The notes beneath the pieces are model-generated. The model saw nothing but the letters and a program-made list of their open reading frames with translations, was not told the DNA's origin and did no database searches. Positions 1-13,048 of a stretch of 64,000 nucleotides of DNA are shown piece by piece. The position numbers and the translations under genes were made by a program. Source of the DNA: Octopus bimaculoides (Eukaryota); assembly GCF_001194135.2 (NCBI RefSeq), contig NC_068995.1, forward strand, positions 33,429,218 through 33,493,217, in the 5' to 3' direction. Numbering within the stretch: position 1 is the stretch's first letter; every line of letters starts with the position of its first letter.

Positions 1-480
1 GATGAGTATATTTACATAGAATACAAAACAAACAAAAGGAGTTATGTAATCTTGACAACTGTTTCAGGTGAAACATGTCTTATGCTATAACCACCTCATA
101 AAAGACCAATAGCATTGTAGGTGTATAGAATAACACAAGTTCTTACAGATCCATAAGGTTGTCATGACATCTTCATCAGAAGAATGTGACTAAAAGCATA
201 TTTCACAGCAGTGTTTACAAATATATAATCTTAAAATGGGGGTAGAGTGGAAATGAGTGGGGGAGGGGCTAAAGGGAAAATGAGAGAAAGGAGAGGTAAC
301 TAAAGTGGAATTAGTACTATGAAACATCAGCTGGTGATAACCAGAGAAAAGAAAAGTAAAGTACATTTATAAGGGCAAGGATGTGACCAGCACCAGGGTG
401 GTTGCAGATCATATTCTTTATTTGTGTTTATCTACCTTTTTACTTCTGTGTGTGCATATTTGGATGTATGTTATATGTAT

Positions 481-530
<50 letters not shown>

Positions 531-2140
531 GTGTGTGTGTGTGTGTGTGTGTGTGTAGTATAAATATACAGTATATATAATTTTTCAACATTTTAGGGGT
601 TTGTATTTTTTTTTAGTTTTAAAATGCGAATACATCACAAATTTCTTCTCAATAAGATGTTATTGATATATTTTTCTTATGTAAACTGTCTCAAATTTCT
701 GTATTTATCTATTGGTTCTTGTGTCTAACTATTTAATGAAATGTTTGCTAATGCATTCAGGGTTTCCTTTTAGCCAAAAGGGATAGTTTTCATATGTAGC
801 ATCACTGCCACTTTATAAATGTATTCAATATGTTGTCACATTTATTTGTGTAATTTCCAATTGGTAAAGGGGTCCTAGTCTTCCATAACTTTCTCCTCCC
901 TTTGTACAATTCATTTCTCATTTTTTTTTAAACATGAACACAAAATGTGCCCCAAAAGTAACAAGCTTCTACATATAAAATAACTCTATCAGTTTACCTT
1001 GGTTACCTCAACCATTTCACCGTGTTTTTTTTTTTTTGTGTGTCTATTCATACTTGTCTGAAGAATTACAGTTGGTGAAACACTAATCACATCAGAGACT
1101 GATATTGAAAATAGTGTAGGGTTTCTGCTTAGTTTTATTCTCAGTAAGTTGATACTTAATATTCTTCATGTAATCACTGTAAGGATTCTATTTAATTAAA
1201 TTCTAATCAAAATTTAATCAATGATATTTCAAATGAAATAATACTATGAAAACAGTAACAGCATTATAATATAAATAAAACATGCTTTTTATTATCCTTT
1301 GAAATCTCATACTACTTCACAATTTTATTTTAACTTTTGGGCCTTATGTGTGTGTCTATCTGTGCATGTATGTTAGTATATATGTATGTTAATGTGTATG
1401 ATTATGATTTGTGAGGGCTACCTGTTCGGTTTCTCTCATCTTTCATGATTTGGGGCTTGTTAATCAAGTTGACTTTGTTGTCTATTCAGGTTGTTGTTTA
1501 CTTCTTTCTCTGTATTGTTATTTTTGTTATTCATAACACCATAAAGTACCTTGTTAATCTGAATTGTGTTACCATGAAAGGTACACTTGTTTGTCTTGAC
1601 CCTCTCCTACCATAAGGTGTACAGGGTGGGGGGCTCTCTTGATGTTGATCAGCTCGCAAGGCAGCATATTGTATAGCACTGACTGAAAAGGTTGTGTGTG
1701 TTCTCCCTCCCCCCGCCCCTGCCAACCCCCCCTCACTTCACTATGTTCTACACTTAAGTGAAGCAACCACTCATGACACAATTGAGTGTTTCTTATTGTC
1801 TAATTTTACCCAACTGACCCCTCTCTCTTCTTTCCAAGTTGAACTACATTCACACACAGTGGATACCAATGACTGTAAATATATATTGAAATATCCATGA
1901 CTTGGATCATTTGAACTGTCTTTTGATACATTATTCATGGAATTTTTAATTCAACCATTATAGTTGATAAAACATGTTTGTCTTTACTGCTGGCATCTTA
2001 TATTCAATATCTGATTGTCTTTATCTTTGAGCTGCTATGATATATTTATGACTTTGACTTAACTATATTGTACTAAAATTGTGTGTGATCTTTGATTGAA
2101 GTATCTGCTTAACATTTGAGCTTGTGTCTGTGTATGTGTA

Positions 2141-2182
<42 letters not shown>

Positions 2183-5100
2183 TATACATGTCAGCATATG
2201 TAATTAAATTCTTCTATAATGGTTTTCTCATGAATATCCTCAATAGTAATTATTATGATTATTGCGATTTAATTTCTTCGACTATGTGTAGGCAGTTCAC
2301 CTGAGAATGTTTGAGCCTGTTTGATCTTTTGGTTGTATACAGTGATGCTATCTTGAGTACTTCGTACAACCATTAGAAAGTAGTTGACATCTGTTATATT
2401 TTGAAAGATCATTACACAAAGTAGAATGGTTAAGCTGATAATTGGAGATAGTGAATGTTTGAATATGTTTGAAATATGCTGATGTTTCTCTTAAGTGGAA
2501 GTGAAAGCATTGTTTTAGTTATGTAGTTCCAACTTCAAAACTTTTTTTTTTTCATCAGCTCAACAAATTTTTGTATTTAATGTTGTATTTTGGTTGTTTC
2601 ATCACATTTCCTTATAAATTAATATTTGTATTTGAAACAAATTTTTTATCTGTATACTGTTGTTATTCATGTTGTTGCTGTTTTGTTTAATTAACAAAGC
2701 TAACTTTGTGATTTTGTCTTCATAAAAGCATTTTGATTGCTGAAACTAAAATTAAATGTAATTCTTGATAGTCGTCTTCAAATAAAAGAGGTGGGTAACT
2801 GTGCTCTGGCTGGTAAACATTTTTATTAATTTTCATTTGACAACTTTCTTACTATTAACTTAGAAAATACATTTCATTATGCATTATTAATTTGGAGTTA
2901 ATTGATAAAGTAAATGTTAAGACAAGCTTCAATTTGAGGTGATAATTTTGTTACATCTACTGACAGATGGAGGTGTCATTTATGGTTGCCACTTAACTGA
3001 CTTTATGATGGATAATGTGGGACGCAAAATTACACTTCTACCCACAATGTAACATTTAAGCCATGCTAGCATGGAAAACCAAATTATTCATGTGTTTTTC
3101 CAGCTTTAATTCATAGTTATATATCTTTTTTTTTTTTTTGTTTTTGTTTTGAACTTCAATATAAACATGATGTAATTATTTTCTGAGAACTTGGAACTTT
3201 TAAAAGATATATATACCATTTTTTAAAATGTAAAATACATGAATATATTTATGTAACTATTAACTTTCAGTCTCTTACTGAATAAGTATTAGAAATATTA
3301 AAAAGCCTTTTTTTTTTTTTTTCTTTCAAAGTATATATGATTATTTGTGTTTATATTGAATCTTTTAATGTTTATAAATGAATAAAATAAGAGAAACCTT
3401 AAAAATTTGACCCCACTTTTCTATTTGGTGCTTTGTGTGGTATTTTAAGATGTTTAAAGGCAAATATGAAAATAAATCTCTATTGTATTAATGGATCTAC
3501 CTCAGATTAATTCATGGAATAGTCACTCATCTGGTTCTATTCACATGTGATGCATCACTTGTCAGATTATATTATTTTGCCTAGTAATTCATATCAAGTC
3601 AAAGAAAACTTGCTAAAATTTGGTACATTTAATTCTAGTTTTGTATTTAACACGTAACCTTCGACATGACAGCTTTGATTAATTGACATGCTGTAATATT
3701 TTTAGTTTGTCTGCTCACAAAAGTTTGGAAAGTCATTTTTTTTTTTACCAATAATTAAAATGTTTTATTAATTATTTTCCATTCCCATTATACTTGCTAC
3801 TAATTAAGTTTAAAAAAAAAAATGAAAACTAAGAACAAAGATTGAATTGTTCAAGTCAGTCAGGACCCTACTTCTTATTTTCACCATTTTGGCAGCCATA
3901 ACAGCTACTGACATGAAACCGACAACAGAAATCAAAATCGACCCAAGAGTTTTTGTCAGGATGAGGTCCAAATATAGTCTTCAGATTCATTTGTTTCTTT
4001 GAAGTTAGAATTAATAATGTTCTGTAATAATAGTTGCAGTTGCTGGCACTAGTCATAAACTTGTAAAACTTTTAGTATCACTTTTAAAGTTGACACTTGT
4101 CATTAACCCTTTACTATTTAAACTGGCCTTATCTGGCCCTAATATTCCACCAGTTTTATATTTAAACTGACCAGATCTGGCCTCTACCTTATAATATCAT
4201 TCTAAAAATAATCATGTTAGTGTAATTTCATGTGTATGAGATGATGTATGATTGATTCAAAACAATGTGAATAAATAAGTATTCTGAATGCTAAAGGGTT
4301 ACAGTATTTTGCAAATGTGTATCTTAGCTAGAGAGAAAAAAAATCTATTAACATTTAGTCCAAATAAATCATTAAAATTGCTCTAACTCTGTACAGACAT
4401 TGAATTTTAAACTAGATTACTTCAGATGTTTTAATTTTATTAATTAGCTTCAACAAATCCTAATCTGTGATATTGTCATTTCTAAAAACATTCTATCAAA
4501 TGGTATTCAAATTCAGTACCTTTCATTCTTTCTTTCTTTAAACATAAAGGGAAAATACTTTAATACTACGACTATAGCTATTTAGATTTGTAGTAGGTAT
4601 TGGATTCTATATGATATCTCATAAATTTTAAGAAATCAAAGGAGGCTGTCTTTATGTAGAAATTCTATAATGTAGAGGCCATTTCTTATTAAAGAAACAA
4701 ATAGGGAAACTTGAACTCAGAAATAAAACCTAGTAAAATACATAAAATATGTTGCTGACAATGAGTCTAACAAGTACACGTGTGTGTGTGTGTAATGTAA
4801 TATAAAATGGTTTCTATGGCTTGATGTTCTTCCTAATGTCAACTTCTTCACACAGTTTACTGGGTAGTTAGGTTACTAAGTAACTTGTAAGGCAAGGCCT
4901 CTAGACTGAGGGGTATGTAGTATTGAGGGAGGGGAGCTTTATGCTTGGTAAGAGAGGTTAAAGTACATGAAAGGGACAGGAATGAGTGTCTTTGCTGCAG
5001 AGGAGATTGGCTACCCCAATTGGAAAAGGAAACAAGATGATGGTGAAGAGATGTCGGGGCATCTTTGGGACTGTGAAATATATGAGTAATCCAGAGTATA

Positions 5101-5450
5101 GGACAAGGTAAATGGGAAGGTAAGTTCTTGAGAGTATGAAAGGAATGTGTTGTAGTTTGCGGTGGTGTGGAGGAAATAGGAGCGGAGCAGGAAGGTAATA
5201 GATGTCGGCACAGGTGGTATGAAGTGTGTGGGGAGGGATGCAAGAGGAAATGCATAGTATCATGGACAAGGTCAGAGGTACATAGGGCTAGAAATAGTGA
5301 GTGATGAACAGATGCAATGGGTGCTGCTGTTGGCAGAATGAAAGGGTATATGGAGGAAAATAGGTGGTAGACAAAGGAAGTAGTTCAAAGGAGGAGGAGT
5401 GGTTGCAAAAAATGGTGGGGGTGAAATATATATGCAGTTTCATTTATATA

Positions 5451-5637
5451 TTGGGTTGGTGCATAATTATTGTGGCTTTTTTTCCAACAAATTTTATTCA
5501 ACAAAAACAGTTTAAATTATTATTCCGGAGAATATTCACCATCTGCTTCCCATTTGCTTGGCAGACTGTCATTTAAAGATGTTTTTGTTGAATAAAATTT
5601 GTTGAAAAAAAGCTGCAATAATTATGCACCAACCCAA
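5451..5637. mobile_element. Mariner-derived MITE (Made1-like), 187 bp
   Basis: About 65-bp inverted arms starting TTGGGTTGGTGCATAATTATTG; TA on both flanks. Confidence 0.85.
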
Positions 5638-6198
5638 TAATTACAGCAGCTGACTGAATCGTACCCTAGCCAGAAGTGTGATGGAGGGGTGGGTGTGAGG
5701 GAGAGACCCTTCAGGGATAGAATTCATACAGAGACATAAACATTATATGCTTTATCCCTTTTGATACCAACCTGCCTGAGACTACCCCAGGTTCTATGAC
5801 AGAAACATACAAATTTTAAAATCATATAAATTATATGCTAATTCAAAATTTTATGCTAACTTGTTTCAGACCCCAACTTAATAATGAGAAAGTTATTTTA
5901 CTAAATTCTCTATTTTAAAAATTAGTTGAAGCAAAGGCAGCATATGGTAACTAAAGTGTTAAGGGCCTCATTTCTGCTGAGATGGAGAGGTCTTCTCAAG
6001 CACAGCAAAATCACCAATCAACTTGGCCCTTTATCATCTCCCCCATGAGGCTCAAAATCTAGTGGTTGTTATCACTACTTTCTCCCATGTCTTCCTCGGT
6101 CTTTATGTGACTGCCCTCATCAATGCGCATCATATGACCATACTTGCACATGTAATATGTATGTAAATATAAATATGCATGTGTGTGTGTGTGTGTGT

Positions 6199-6248
<50 letters not shown>

Positions 6249-6475
6249 NNNNNNNNNNNNNNNNNNNNNNNNNNNNNNNNNNNNNNNNNNNNNNNNNNNN
6301 NNNNNNNNNNNNNNNNNNNNNNNNNNNNNNNNNNNNNNNNNNNNNNNNNNNNNNNNNNNNNNNNNNNNNNNNNNNNNNNNNNNNNNNNNNNNNNNNNNNN
6401 NNNNNNNNNNNNNNNNNNNNNNNNNNNNNNNNNNNNNNNNNNNNNNNNNNNNNNNNNNNNNNNNNNNNNNNNNNN

Positions 6476-6535
<60 letters not shown>

Positions 6536-6568
6536 TTATAAGCAGAAGTGTATATGCATTCATGTTTG

Positions 6569-6616
<48 letters not shown>

Positions 6617-7307
6617 ATAGTGGTACAACAAATGCACCAATATTTACTGGAAATAGCAGTCGATAATATATGATGCTATAGTAAAGCTACATTGTATATA
6701 TATACTGGCAAAAATGTTTGATGGGTGGCGAACGTAAGAAAATTTCATCTTACCTGTAGGAAGAACATTAGATAAATGTACAACCCAGATGTAGATAATC
6801 TATATATATATATACATATACACACACACATGTAAAGTTCTGCATTTGGGTATATTTATGTATGTATAATTTATATACATAGTGCAGGCATGACTGTGGG
6901 TAAGAAGTTCACTTTTCAATCACAAGTTTCCAGGTTCAATCCCACTGTGTGGCATCTAGGGTGAGTGTCTTCTATAGCCTTGAGCTGGTCAAAGCCAGGT
7001 GAGTGGATTTGGTAGATAGAAACTGAAAGAAGCCCATCATAATATATATATGTGTGTGTGTGCGTGTGTGTATGTCTGTCTGTCACTGTCTCCTTGCCTT
7101 GACACCACATGGTAATTGTAAGTGGGTGTCACCATCATCATCATCTTTGTTCCCTATCTTCTGTGAAAATGTTTAGTGTTGGGGAAATATTGCCTTACTT
7201 GGAAACAGGTAAGAATTGGTAACTGGAAGGTCATTTGGTTTTAGAAAATCTGTCTCAACAAATTCCATATGGATATATGTATGCATATTTTATGCATATT
7301 TATTTAA

Positions 7308-7686
7308 CCCTTTTGTAACTATATTTCTGACCAAAATACACCCCTCATGAGTTTCAATTAAATTCTAAAATAATCATGAATTTAGACTAGTCTCATTAAC
7401 CTGTAACTTTTTTTATTTATCAACATATTAATGTGATATTTGGAACATAATTGAAGAAAGGGTTCTTAATCAATTCTATTGCATAATTTTTGTCTCAAAG
7501 TTCTCCATGTACTGGGGTACTGCTAGTGTCTCTCACATGTAAATATTGGTTCAGCTTCACAAATCGTACTCGCGTCATAATAATGGAAACATATTCATCG
7601 TCAAAAGGTTCCTGATTGCTCCAGTAATTTGTTATTCTGGGTAACTGTCTAATACCCATAGTAATATTTATGGCAAAAAATGCCCA
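7308..7686 (-). mobile_element. piggyBac remnant: terminus plus transposase fragment
   Basis: TTAA|CCCTTTT end at 7304-7314. Minus-strand ITMGIRQLPRITNYWS...VSIIMTRVRFVKLNQYLH matches piggyBac MGIxxLPxIxDYWS...MSRxRFxxLxxxLH. Truncated by a SINE at about 7688. Confidence 0.75.
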
Positions 7687-9431
7687 TAGGCGTAGGAGTG
7701 GCTGTGTGGTAAGTAGCTTGCTTACCAACCACATGGTTCCGGGTTCAGTCCCGCTGCGTGGCACCTTGGGCAAGTGTCTTCTACTATAGCCTCGGGTCGA
7801 CCAAAGCCTTGTGAGTGGATTTGGTAGACGGAAACTGAAAGAAGCCCGTCATATATATGTATATGTACACGCATATATATATGTATACATACACATACAT
7901 ATGTATATATAGTGAGAATTAACAAAAGACAAAGAAATGTGTATGAACAACAAACAGATGTATTAATTTAACGCTCGGTAAGTGAGAAAGTCTTTTACGT
8001 TTTGAGCCTATGCTCTTTGACANNNNNNNNNNNNNNNNNNNNNNNNNNNNNNNNNNNNNNNNNNNNNNNNNNNNNNNNNNNNNNNNNNNNNNNNNNNNNN
8101 NNNNNNNNNNNNNNNNNNNNNNNNNNNNNNNNNNNNNNNNNNNNNNNNNNNNNNNNNNNNNNNNNNNNNNNNNNNNNNNNNNNNNNNNNNNNNNNNNNNN
8201 NNNNNNNNNNNNNNNNNNNNNNNNNNNNNNNNNNNNNNNNNNNNNNNNNNNNNNNNNNNNNNNNNNNNNNNNNNNNNNNNNNNNNNNNNNNNNNNNNNNN
8301 NNNNNNNNNNNNNNNNNNNNNNNNNNNNNNNNNNNNNNNNNNNNNNNNNNNNNNNNNNNNNNNNNNNNNNNNNNNNNNNNNNNNNNNNNNNNNNNNNNNN
8401 NNNNNNNNNNNNNNNNNNNNNNNNNNNNNNNNNNNNNNNNNNNNNNNNNNNNNNNNNNNNNNNNNNNNNNNNNNNNNNNNNNNNNNNNNNNNNNNNNNNN
8501 NNNNNNNNNNNNNNNNNNNNNNNNNNNNNNNNNNNNNNNNNNNNNNNNNNNNNNNNNNNNNNNNNNNNNNNNNNNNNNNNNNNNNNNNNNNNNNNNNNNN
8601 NNNNNNNNNNNNNNNNNNNNNNNNNNNNNNNNNNNNNNNNNNNNNNNNNNNNNNNNNNNNNNNNNNNNNNNNNNNNNNNNNNNNNNNNNNNNNNNNNNNN
8701 NNNNNNNNNNNNNNNNNNNNNNNNNNNNNNNNNNNNNNNNNNNNNNNNNNNNNNNNNNNNNNNNNNNNNNNNNNNNNNNNNNNNNNNNNNNNNNNNNNNN
8801 NNNNNNNNNNNNNNNNNNTATATAGATATATATATCATCATCATCATCGTTTAACGTCCACTTTCCATGCTAGCATGGGTTGGACGATTTGACTGAGAAC
8901 TGGTGGAGCCCGAAGGCTACACCAGGCTCCAATCTGATTTGGCAGAGTTTCTACAGTGTAGTAGGTGCTTTTACGTGTCACTCGCACGAAGGCCAGTCAG
9001 GCGATACTGGCAATGGCCACGCTCAAGATGGTGTATTTTATGTGCCACCCGCACAAAAGCCAGTCCAGGGGCACTGGCAACGATCTCACTCGAAAGTCCT
9101 TACACATGCTGCGGGCACAAGTGCCAGAAAGGCGACGCTGACACATGCATATATATGTATATGTACACGCATATATATATGTATACATACACATACATAT
9201 GTATATATAGTGAGAATTAACAAAAGACAAAGAAATGTGTATGAACAACAAACAGATGTATTAATTTAACGCTCGGTAAGTGAGAAAGTCTTTTACGTTT
9301 TGAGCCTATGCTCTTTGACATATATATATATATATGTATATATACATACATAAATATAAATGTATATATTATATTATATTATAAAATAATAGCAGGAAAA
9401 TTACAACAAAAAAATCATCACAGAAGATATA

Positions 9432-10677
9432 CAGGTATTGGACAAAATAATGGAAACACCTAGCATCATAGTATCATAATTTTGTATAAAACTGTCGAAA
9501 GCTTGTTTATTTTTATCTTTTTTGATTTATTATTAGTATTGCTTAATATGTTTTGCTAAAATTGCTGTTTCTTCAGATATCATCAGAAAAAGGTAATTAA
9601 AACTCATTAAAATGACAGATCCATCAGACTTTGAAAGAGATCAAATTGTTGGTGCTCGTATGGCAGGCGCTAGCGTAATGAAAACTGCTGAAATGTCTGG
9701 TGTATCAAGAAGTACTGTCTCGAAAGTAATAACAGCCTTTGAGAAAGAAGGAAAACCTCGTCATCGAAACAAAACTCCGGAAGAAAACTTAAAACTTTCA
9801 TATAGAGACCGCCGGACTCTTTGTTAGAAAGGATCACAAAAGTGCAGCTCCCAAAATTACTGCAAAGCTTAATGACCACCTCGAGAACCCAGTTTCCACA
9901 AAAGCTGTTCGCCAGGAGCTGCACAAACCCAGATTTCACAGGACTGCTACAATCAGAAAACCACTACTTTCAAAAACAAACATTGCAAAGCATTTAGAGT
10001 GGAGTAAAAACCTACAGAATTGGTCCCTAGAGCAGTGGAAGAATGTTATTTTCTCAGACGAGTCATCTTTTACCCTATTTCCAACCACCAGCCGAGTATA
10101 CGTATGGTGACAGCCAAAAGAAGCATTTGACCCAGACTGTCTTCTTCCAACTGTTAAACATGGAGGAGGATCTGGAGGGCTATATCTTGGAAATCCGCTG
10201 ACCCAGTGGTTTCCCTTCATGACAGAATTAATTGTCAAGACTATTTAAGCATTTTATCTGATCAAATTCAACCTATGGTTGTGGAACTGTTTCCGGAGGG
10301 ACAGGCATTCTTTCAGGATGATAATTCACTAATTCACACAGCTAAAGTTGTTACTGAATGGTACGAGGAACATTCAAATGAAGTTGAACATCTTATCTGG
10401 CTACCACAGTCCCCAGATCTCAATATTGTTGAATATTTATGGTGTATTTGGGAAAAACAAGTAAGGAGTTGATATCCTCCACCATCATCACTACAAGAAC
10501 TGTAGACTGTTTTAGCTGAAGAGTGGACAAAAATTCCTTTGGAAACAATTCAAACTTTGTTCTAGTCCATACCTTGTAGAATTCAAGCTGTAATTACTGC
10601 CAAAGGCGATCCTACCCCATATTAAAATAAATTTGTTTGAAATGTTAAGGTGTTTCCATTATTTTGCCCAACCCCTG
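9432..10677 (+). mobile_element. Full-span Tc1-family DNA transposon (1246 bp), DD36E (Incomer-type) transposase pseudogene at about 9612-10625
   Basis: 29-bp TIRs CAGGTATTGGACAAAATAATGGAAACACC / GGTGTTTCCATTATTTTGCCCAACCCCTG with TA TSD on both sides. HTH N-terminus; motifs VIFSDES, FFQDDN, SPDLNIVE with 36 codons between D (10320) and E (10431). Stops and frameshifts present. Confidence 0.92.
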
Positions 10678-10761
10678 TACATCGAAAAGAATATTGTATT
10701 AATAGATAGATGTATAAATATATAAAATATGATTATTTAAAATGGTTAAAAGTTTAAAATA

Positions 10762-10850
10762 TCTTACGATCGTTTCGTGAATGTATTACCCTTTGAAATG
10801 GAATCTATAGTTAGTAATGATTATTAGCTAATACATCCACTTGTCAGAGA
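10762..10850 (-). ncRNA. Hammerhead motif (family B, inverted copy, G8->A)
   Basis: Minus strand UCU-CUGACAA, 12-bp stem II closed by G-C, GAAA-C-GAUC-GUA/AGA. Perfect palindrome ACGATCGT at 10766-73. Core G8 mutated, so likely inactive. Confidence 0.65.
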
Positions 10851-11211
10851 GAAAGAGGGTGAATTTCCATGTAGTCAATCAAATGCTGTTTAAAAATATA
10901 CAAAAATGATGTTGTTTAAAAAGTTACTGGCATAGACATGCTTTGGTACAATCTTGTGCTAAAAACTTTGAAGAAATAATATACATCCATGGTAAAATAC
11001 TCTACGGTAATCCATAATGGCTGTGTGTATATATAGATCCCGTAATTTTGTTCTCTTCAATGTACAATCCGTAAATGCATTTATGGATGTATATTATTTA
11101 AAAAAAAATTTTAGCAAAAAATTGTATCAACACATATCTATGCCAGTAAACATCTTTTTTGTATATTTTTAAATAGCATCTGATTGACTACATGGAAATT
11201 CCCCCTCTTTC

Positions 11212-11300
11212 TCTCTGACGAGTGGATGTATTACCTAATATTGATTATCAATTTTAGATTACATTGCGAAGGGTAATACATTCATGAAACAATCGTAAGA
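11212..11300 (+). ncRNA. Minimal type-I hammerhead ribozyme motif (family B, long stem II)
   Basis: UCU-CUGACGA(11215-21), 14-bp stem II (11222-35 with 11272-85, two GU pairs), GAAA-C-AAUC-GUA/AGA. Predicted cut after 11297; stem I only 3 bp. Confidence 0.75.
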
Positions 11301-11554
11301 TATTTTAAACTTTTAAACTTTTTAAATAATCATACTTTATATATTTATACATCTATCTATTAATACAATATTATTTTCAATGTATATCATCTGTGATGAT
11401 TTTTTGATGTAATTTTCCTGCTCTTATTTTATAATATAATATATAATCACTCTTATTAAATGTCTAAATACCTTTAATGTTTTAGACATTTCCCTACCAA
11501 GAACACCTATTAGAAATTCAGTACATTGTATTCTCATTGAATACATTTGATTAA

Positions 11555-11607
<53 letters not shown>

Positions 11608-13009
11608 CATATGGTTAGTTTATCCTGTTCATGCTATATTATTAGCATTATCCTGCATTTGAGAATATAATTATTTCCTTATCTGTATCTTTAAATACAT
11701 CTCAATGCTTCTAAAGCAAACTTTGTTTGTTAACTTTCGATGTAAGTTGAATTTAATATGTGTGTGTGTGTGTGCATATATATATATGTGAGATAATAGT
11801 TTCGGTATTAAAACTGAAAGTAAATCACATTAAGATAGAAATGTTATTGTTTCACTTTTGACACGTAATACTGAAATAGTGTAAGAGGTAAGAGATTGCT
11901 CTGGGCTCGCATTCGGCTAGAAATTAAAATTTTTTTGGTCTATGACACTGCATGGACCCTAAGTAAGGCATGTATAAACTTGGAATGAAATCGGTTGGGT
12001 AGTTCTTGAGTTTTAGTAATGCACACATACAGACAGACACACATTCTCAGCTTTATATATATATTCATGTGTATGTCTGCATGCGTTTTTGTTCATGCCA
12101 CTTGGTAACTGGTGTTGGTTTGTTTATGTCCCTGTGTCTTGTGATTCGGGGCAAAAGAGACAGACTGAATAAGTACTGCTCCTGCATGGTTGTAGTCCAG
12201 TAGCTGAAAAAAGTAAAAGTAAATAGTATATGTGTGTGTATATATGTGTGTGTGTATATATGTGTGTGTATATATGTATGAATATTTTTGTGTGTATGAT
12301 GATATATGTTTGTGTATGTATATATTCATGTATTAGCATCATTTAAAATCTATTTTCTGTGCTGGCATGGGTTGCACACTGACAGGATCTGATGAACCCA
12401 AAGACTGCATTATGATCCATTGTCTATTTTAGCATGGTTCCTATGGCTTGGTGCCCTTCCTAATACCAACCACTTTACAATGTACTGGTTGCTTTTTCTG
12501 TACCACTAGCACTAGTGAGATCACCATGCAGCTTACAAGACTTTAAGTCCCAAGAGATGCAGCCTTATGCTCAGAGATGACAGTTTAAGTACATGTTTAT
12601 TTGTATATGTGTTTATATATATTTATGTGTGTCTTAGAATCAAGGAGGTTATCTTAAGTTTAAACTTTCATTAAACAACAGATAAGAATTACATAAGACA
12701 AACTTGTTACTATCAGAACATCAGCCTGTGCATGTCACTACTCTTTCCTGCTTATATGAGCAAAGCTAACAGCTCTATACCATCTCTTACTTCTCACTCA
12801 TCCTGATAAAAAGGATTCTAACTCCAAAATATCGAAGAAATACAGGGTAAAATATTAACTGTTGTTCTATTTTCACTTCTGTACTTCATTATTTTGCACT
12901 TTTAGCAAGTTTAAATCTAATATCATAGAATGCTTTGCTCAAACTTCTCTATATCTATGTATGCACACACACACACCACCACCACCACACCACACCACAC
13001 CACACCACA

Positions 13010-13048
<39 letters not shown>

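Larger units (their letters stand above)
9363..11447. repeat. Long inverted repeat (left arm 9363-9431 plus 10680-10990, right arm 11083-11447), split by a Tc1 insertion; hammerhead in each arm
   Basis: Reverse complement of 11083-11447 aligns with the left arm once the Tc1 is removed; spacer about 92 bp. Confidence 0.85.

Noticed and set aside
2967-3052. Possible small exon GGVIYGCHLTDFMMDNVGRKITLLPTM*
   Set aside because: Isolated, no partner exons or known motif; compatible with chance.
3850-4010. Open frames on both strands (e.g. MKPTTEIKIDPRVFVRMRSKYS; LGSILISVVGFMSVAVMAAK) as a candidate MRPL24 5' exon or other gene
   Set aside because: No convincing splice pair in the right phase and no recognisable motif.
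4857-5340. 132-aa minus ORF in a purine-rich block
   Set aside because: Low-complexity S/H/P/L composition; similar purine/pyrimidine-biased blocks occur at about 23600-23870 and 30130-30420, so it is a decayed repeat (perhaps PLE-like) rather than a gene.
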